Shown here: positions 60,415 to 64,000 of the stretch, one piece after another
Layout of the letters: the number at the start of each line of letters is the position of its first letter
Position numbering within the stretch: the stretch's first letter is position 1
Assembly: GCA_963792585.1 (NCBI GenBank)
Contig: CAWBWI010000001.1
Location: 1,408,001 to 1,472,000, forward strand
DNA length: 64,000 nucleotides
Reading direction: 5' to 3'
Source of the DNA: Candidatus Eiseniibacteriota bacterium
GTDB taxonomy: Bacteria > Eisenbacteria > RBG-16-71-46 > CAIMUX01 > VGJL01
Made by a program: the position numbers and the translations under genes
The notes under the pieces: generated by a model
Databases searched by the model: none
The model's input: only the letters and a program-made list of their open reading frames with translations
Told to the model about the DNA's origin: nothing

Positions 60415-61967
60415 CGCGCATCCCCCCCTTCCGGCAGTCGGGCCAGCGGAGGCGACGGCGCGGGCTCCGGCGCGATCGATGCGGTCTGCACGCGGCCCAG
60501 GGCGTTCGCCAGGGCCGGCTGCATCCGGTCCAGCAAGGTCCGCGGTTGGACCCCCATGTAGACGATCAGGATCAGGATCGGAAGCAGCAGGAGTCCCTCA
60601 CGCGGAGTGAGGTCGGTGAGGCCCCGATTCTCCTCGTGGCGCAACGGGCCGAAGAGGAACCGCTGCGTCAGCCAGAGCATGTACACCGCCCCCAGGACCA
60701 CTCCCGTCGTTGCGAGGATCGCCGCCGTGCGGTGGGGACCAAAGGCACCCAAAAGGATCAGGAATTCCCCCACGAAACCGTTCAGGCCCGGCAGACCGAT
60801 CGAGGAGAGCGTCACGAAGATGAAGACCGCGGCGAAGATCGGCACGCGCGCCGCGATCCCGCCATAGTCGGCAATCATCCGCGTGTGACGGCGCTCGTAG
60901 ATCATTCCGACGAGCAGGAAGAGCGCGCCGGTCGAGAGGCCGTGGCTGAGCATCTGGTAGAGTGCGCCGGAGAAGGCCTCCAGGTTGAACGAGAAGAGCC
61001 CCAACATCACGTATCCGAGGTGGCTCACCGACGAGTAGGCGACGAGCTTCTTGATGTCCTCCTGGACCATCGCGACCAACGCGCCGTAGATGATCCCGAT
61101 CACTGCCAGGGCGACCATGAGCGGCTGGAATGTGATGGCGGCCGTCGGGAAGAGGGGGATCGCGAAGCGGAGGAAGCCGTAGGTCCCGAGCTTCAGGAGG
61201 ACTCCGGCGAGAATGACGCTGCCCGCCGTGGGCGCCTCGACGTGAGCGTCGGGTAGCCAGGTGTGGAGCGGGAAGACCGGCACCTTGATCGCGAACGCGA
61301 GCCCGAAGGCGGCGAAGAGCCACCACTGCTGGCCCGCGGTCAGGGTCAGAGCCTGGAAATCGGAAAGATCGAAACCGCGCGATCCGGTCTGCCTGTAGAG
61401 GTAGAGGATCGCGATCAGCATCAGGAGAGAACCGACGATCGTGTAGAGAACGAACTTCACCGCGGCATAGATTCGCCGCGGTCCGCCCCAGACACCGATC
61501 AGCACATACATCGGGATCAGCATCAGCTCCCAGAAGATGTAGAACAGGAATAGATCGAGTGCCATGAAGGCGCCGAGCATCCCCGTCTCGAGCAGGAGCA
61601 GCATCGAGTGGAAGGCGCGAATCCGTTCGCCGATTCCGGACCAGCTCGCGACCACCACGATCGGCGTGAGAAGAGTGGTCAGGAGGACCAGGAAGAGCGA
61701 GATCCCGTCGATTCCCAGGTGGTAGCGGATCCCGAACATCCGGATCCAGACGATATTCTCTTCGAACTGCATGCTGGCGTCGGCGCGGAAGCCGCCGATT
61801 AGTTTGCACGAGATCAGGAACGTGGCCACCGAGACGGCGAGGGCCAGCCAACGGCACCAGAGGGGTCGATCCTTGGGAACGAGGAGCATCAGGATCGCAC
61901 CTGCGAGTGGCAGGAAGATGATCCAGGTCAGGAGTCCCGGTGCGGCGGTCATGGCGCCCCCCATCAC
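60411..61967 (-). CDS. nuoM: NADH-quinone oxidoreductase subunit M
   Basis: [17 protein letters not shown] and [15 protein letters not shown] motifs. Confidence 0.95.
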   Translation of the reverse strand: MMGGAMTAAPGLLTWIIFLPLAGAILMLLVPKDRPLWCRWLALAVSVATFLISCKLIGGFRADASMQFEENIVWIRMFGIRYHLGIDGISLFLVLLTTLLTPIVVVASWSGIGERIRAFHSMLLLLETGMLGAFMALDLFLFYIFWELMLIPMYVLIGVWGGPRRIYAAVKFVLYTIVGSLLMLIAILYLYRQTGSRGFDLSDFQALTLTAGQQWWLFAAFGLAFAIKVPVFPLHTWLPDAHVEAPTAGSVILAGVLLKLGTYGFLRFAIPLFPTAAITFQPLMVALAVIGIIYGALVAMVQEDIKKLVAYSSVSHLGYVMLGLFSFNLEAFSGALYQMLSHGLSTGALFLLVGMIYERRHTRMIADYGGIAARVPIFAAVFIFVTLSSIGLPGLNGFVGEFLILLGAFGPHRTAAILATTGVVLGAVYMLWLTQRFLFGPLRHEENRGLTDLTPREGLLLLPILILIVYMGVQPRTLLDRMQPALANALGRVQTASIAPEPAPSPPLARLPEGGDAR

Positions 61968-63943
61968 AGCACCACCCAGAGGATGATCGCGAGCCCGATC
62001 ACGATCACGGCCGCGTAGAACTGGACATACCCGGTCTGGGCGAGACGCACGACGTAGGAGCCGAAGCGGCTCAAGATTCCGACCAGGTTGACGAGGAAGT
62101 CGATCACGCGCACGTCCACGGTCTTCCAGAGCAGGGCGCGCGAGCCGTTACGGAGCGGCAGGATCACCGCCGCGCGGTAGGCCTCGTCGACGTAGTACTT
62201 GTTCGCGATCATCCTGTAGAGACCGGGGGCGTTCGCGGCTGCGCGCTCCGGCAGCTCCGGACGCTTCTGGTAGAAGAGAAGACCCACCAAGATCCCAGCG
62301 ACGGCCACGGCGAGCGAGAGGAGCATGAGGCCCCACTCCAGCGCGGCGCTCGCGTGGTGGACTTCATGACCCCCCTCCGCGTGTCCTGCTCCGAGGACGG
62401 GCGCGAGCCAGCCGCCGAAGCGATTGCCCCCCTCGACGATGAAGTTGGGCACCCCAAGGAAGCCGATCAGGACCGATCCCGCCGCGAGGACGATCAGCGG
62501 CAGGGTCATCGAGCTCGGGGACTCGTGCACGTGATGGCTCACGTCGTGCGACATCCGTTCCTTGCCGAGGAAGACGAGGGCGACGAGGCGGGTCATGTAG
62601 AAGGCGGTGAAGGCGGCCGTCACCACCGCGAGCAGCCAGAGCGCTTTCGGCAGCCAGGGCAGGACATCGTTCGGCCGGCTGAACACTTGCCAGAGGATCT
62701 CGTCCTTCGAGAAGAAGCCGGCGAACGGGAAGATCCCCGCGATCGCGAGCCAGGCGATCACGAACGTCCAACCGGTCCGGGGGATCCGTTTCAACAGGCC
62801 GCCCATCTTCCGGATGTCCTGCTCCCCGGACAGGGCGTGGATCACGCTACCGGCGCCGAGGAAGAGACATGCCTTGAAGAAGGCGTGGGTGACCACGTGG
62901 AACATCCCCGCGTCGAAGGCGCCGACGCCGCAGGCGAGGAACATGTAGCCGAGCTGGCTCACGGTCGAGTAGGCCAGCACCTTCTTGATGTCGTTCTGCG
63001 CGAGTCCGATCGTCGCGGCGAATAGGGCGGTCAGCCCTCCCACGATCGCGACGACGGTCAACGCGACCGGGGCCTGGACGTAGAGGAACGAGAGCCGGCT
63101 CACCATATAGACGCCGGAGGTTACCATCGTCGCGGCATGGATCAGGGCTGAGACGGGCGTGGGACCGGCCATTGCGTCGGGCAGCCAGATGTAGAGCGGC
63201 AACTGCGCCGACTTCCCCGTCGCCCCCATGAAGAGGAGCAGGCAAGCCGCGGTGAGGAGTCCGGGCGAGAAGGCGTGCGCGGCGGCCGCCGTCCGCAACT
63301 CCCCATAGGTCATTCCGACGCGCCCGGCCGGCGCGAGAGCCCAGAACAGGAGGAAGATCCCGAGCAGGAAGCCGAAGTCGCCGATCCGGTTGACGATGAA
63401 GGCCTTGTTGCCCGCGATGGTTTTCTCCTCGTCGCTGAACCAGAAGCCGATCAAGAGGAACGAGCAGAGCCCGACGCCCTCCCAACCGACGAACATCGTG
63501 ATCGGGCTGTCCCCGAGGACGAGCAGGACCATCGCGAACGTGAAGAGGTTCAGGTAGGCGAAATAGCGCGCATAGCCCCGATCGTGCCCCATGTAGCCGA
63601 GCGAGTAGACGTGGATCAGGGTGCCGATCCCCGTCACGAAGAGGAGCATCGTGGCCGAGAGCGGATCGAAGAGGAAGCCCGCGTTGACGTCCAGATGGCC
63701 CGCCGCGATCCAGGCGAAGAGGGTCTGCGTCAGGTGCCGGGATTCGACCGGCAGGGAGCGCAATTGCGCGAACGCGTAGACGGCGACGACGAAGGACAGC
63801 GCGGGTGCGAGGCACCCGATCGCCGAGACGACTCCCTTGCCGACGGCATGCTCTTTCCGCGTCGTGGACAGGCTGATGGCGCCGTTCAGGATGCTCCCGA
63901 CCAGCGGGAAGAACGGAATCAGCCAGAGATACCCGACGTCCAA
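61964..63943 (-). CDS. nuoL: NADH-quinone oxidoreductase subunit L
   Basis: [36 protein letters not shown] and HAFFKA motifs. Confidence 0.96.
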   Translation of the reverse strand: MDVGYLWLIPFFPLVGSILNGAISLSTTRKEHAVGKGVVSAIGCLAPALSFVVAVYAFAQLRSLPVESRHLTQTLFAWIAAGHLDVNAGFLFDPLSATMLLFVTGIGTLIHVYSLGYMGHDRGYARYFAYLNLFTFAMVLLVLGDSPITMFVGWEGVGLCSFLLIGFWFSDEEKTIAGNKAFIVNRIGDFGFLLGIFLLFWALAPAGRVGMTYGELRTAAAAHAFSPGLLTAACLLLFMGATGKSAQLPLYIWLPDAMAGPTPVSALIHAATMVTSGVYMVSRLSFLYVQAPVALTVVAIVGGLTALFAATIGLAQNDIKKVLAYSTVSQLGYMFLACGVGAFDAGMFHVVTHAFFKACLFLGAGSVIHALSGEQDIRKMGGLLKRIPRTGWTFVIAWLAIAGIFPFAGFFSKDEILWQVFSRPNDVLPWLPKALWLLAVVTAAFTAFYMTRLVALVFLGKERMSHDVSHHVHESPSSMTLPLIVLAAGSVLIGFLGVPNFIVEGGNRFGGWLAPVLGAGHAEGGHEVHHASAALEWGLMLLSLAVAVAGILVGLLFYQKRPELPERAAANAPGLYRMIANKYYVDEAYRAAVILPLRNGSRALLWKTVDVRVIDFLVNLVGILSRFGSYVVRLAQTGYVQFYAAVIVIGLAIILWVVL

Positions 63944-63954
63944 GTCTCCCCCTC

Positions 63955-64000
63955 CTACTCGTTCAGCGCGCTCAGGTCTTCCAGATCGACCGTCTCGCGA
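63955..64000 (-). CDS. nuoK: NADH-quinone oxidoreductase subunit K, C-terminal end only
   Basis: ...RETVDLEDLSALNE* directly upstream of nuoL; assigned mainly by position. Confidence 0.7.
   Translation of the reverse strand, partial: RETVDLEDLSALNE

Overview
A GC-rich bacterial chromosomal segment from a diderm organism. The abundance of FlgD/T9SS-like C-terminal domains and '[ST]WGx[IV]Kxx[FY]R' tails suggests an FCB-related lineage such as Ca. Eisenbacteria; this is inference, not a taxonomic computation. Housekeeping genes include ybeY, a 7TM-HD phosphodiesterase, phoH, aspS, clpB, mltG, ruvX, rluD, lspA, a DksA-like gene, purine nucleoside phosphorylase, divIVA, fbp, gdhA, nuoKLMN and tRNA-Val. 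They are interleaved with cell-surface loci: a PpiC / DUF971 / gingipain-PorU-like C25 peptidase / clpB run, an Arn-like sugar pathway ending in two GT-C transferases (one TMTC-like), and many secreted proteins. Single-base indels cluster at about 1-7.6 kb, 15 kb, 22.6-24.3 kb, 33-35.7 kb and 39.4-39.7 kb. They also break essential genes, so they are most likely long-read errors. Main findings: (1) three secreted proteins from two unrelated families share an identically spaced C-terminal tail, a candidate undescribed sorting signal, in a window that also encodes a PorU-like enzyme; (2) a small secreted-peptide gene lies directly upstream of a TPR-containing sigma-54 activator, resembling RRNPP peptide signalling; (3) an AhpD/CMD-family gene has an in-frame UGA in a CxxU motif followed by a SECIS-like hairpin, i.e. 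a selenoprotein truncated in the ORF track. I saw no CRISPR array, transposase or prophage.
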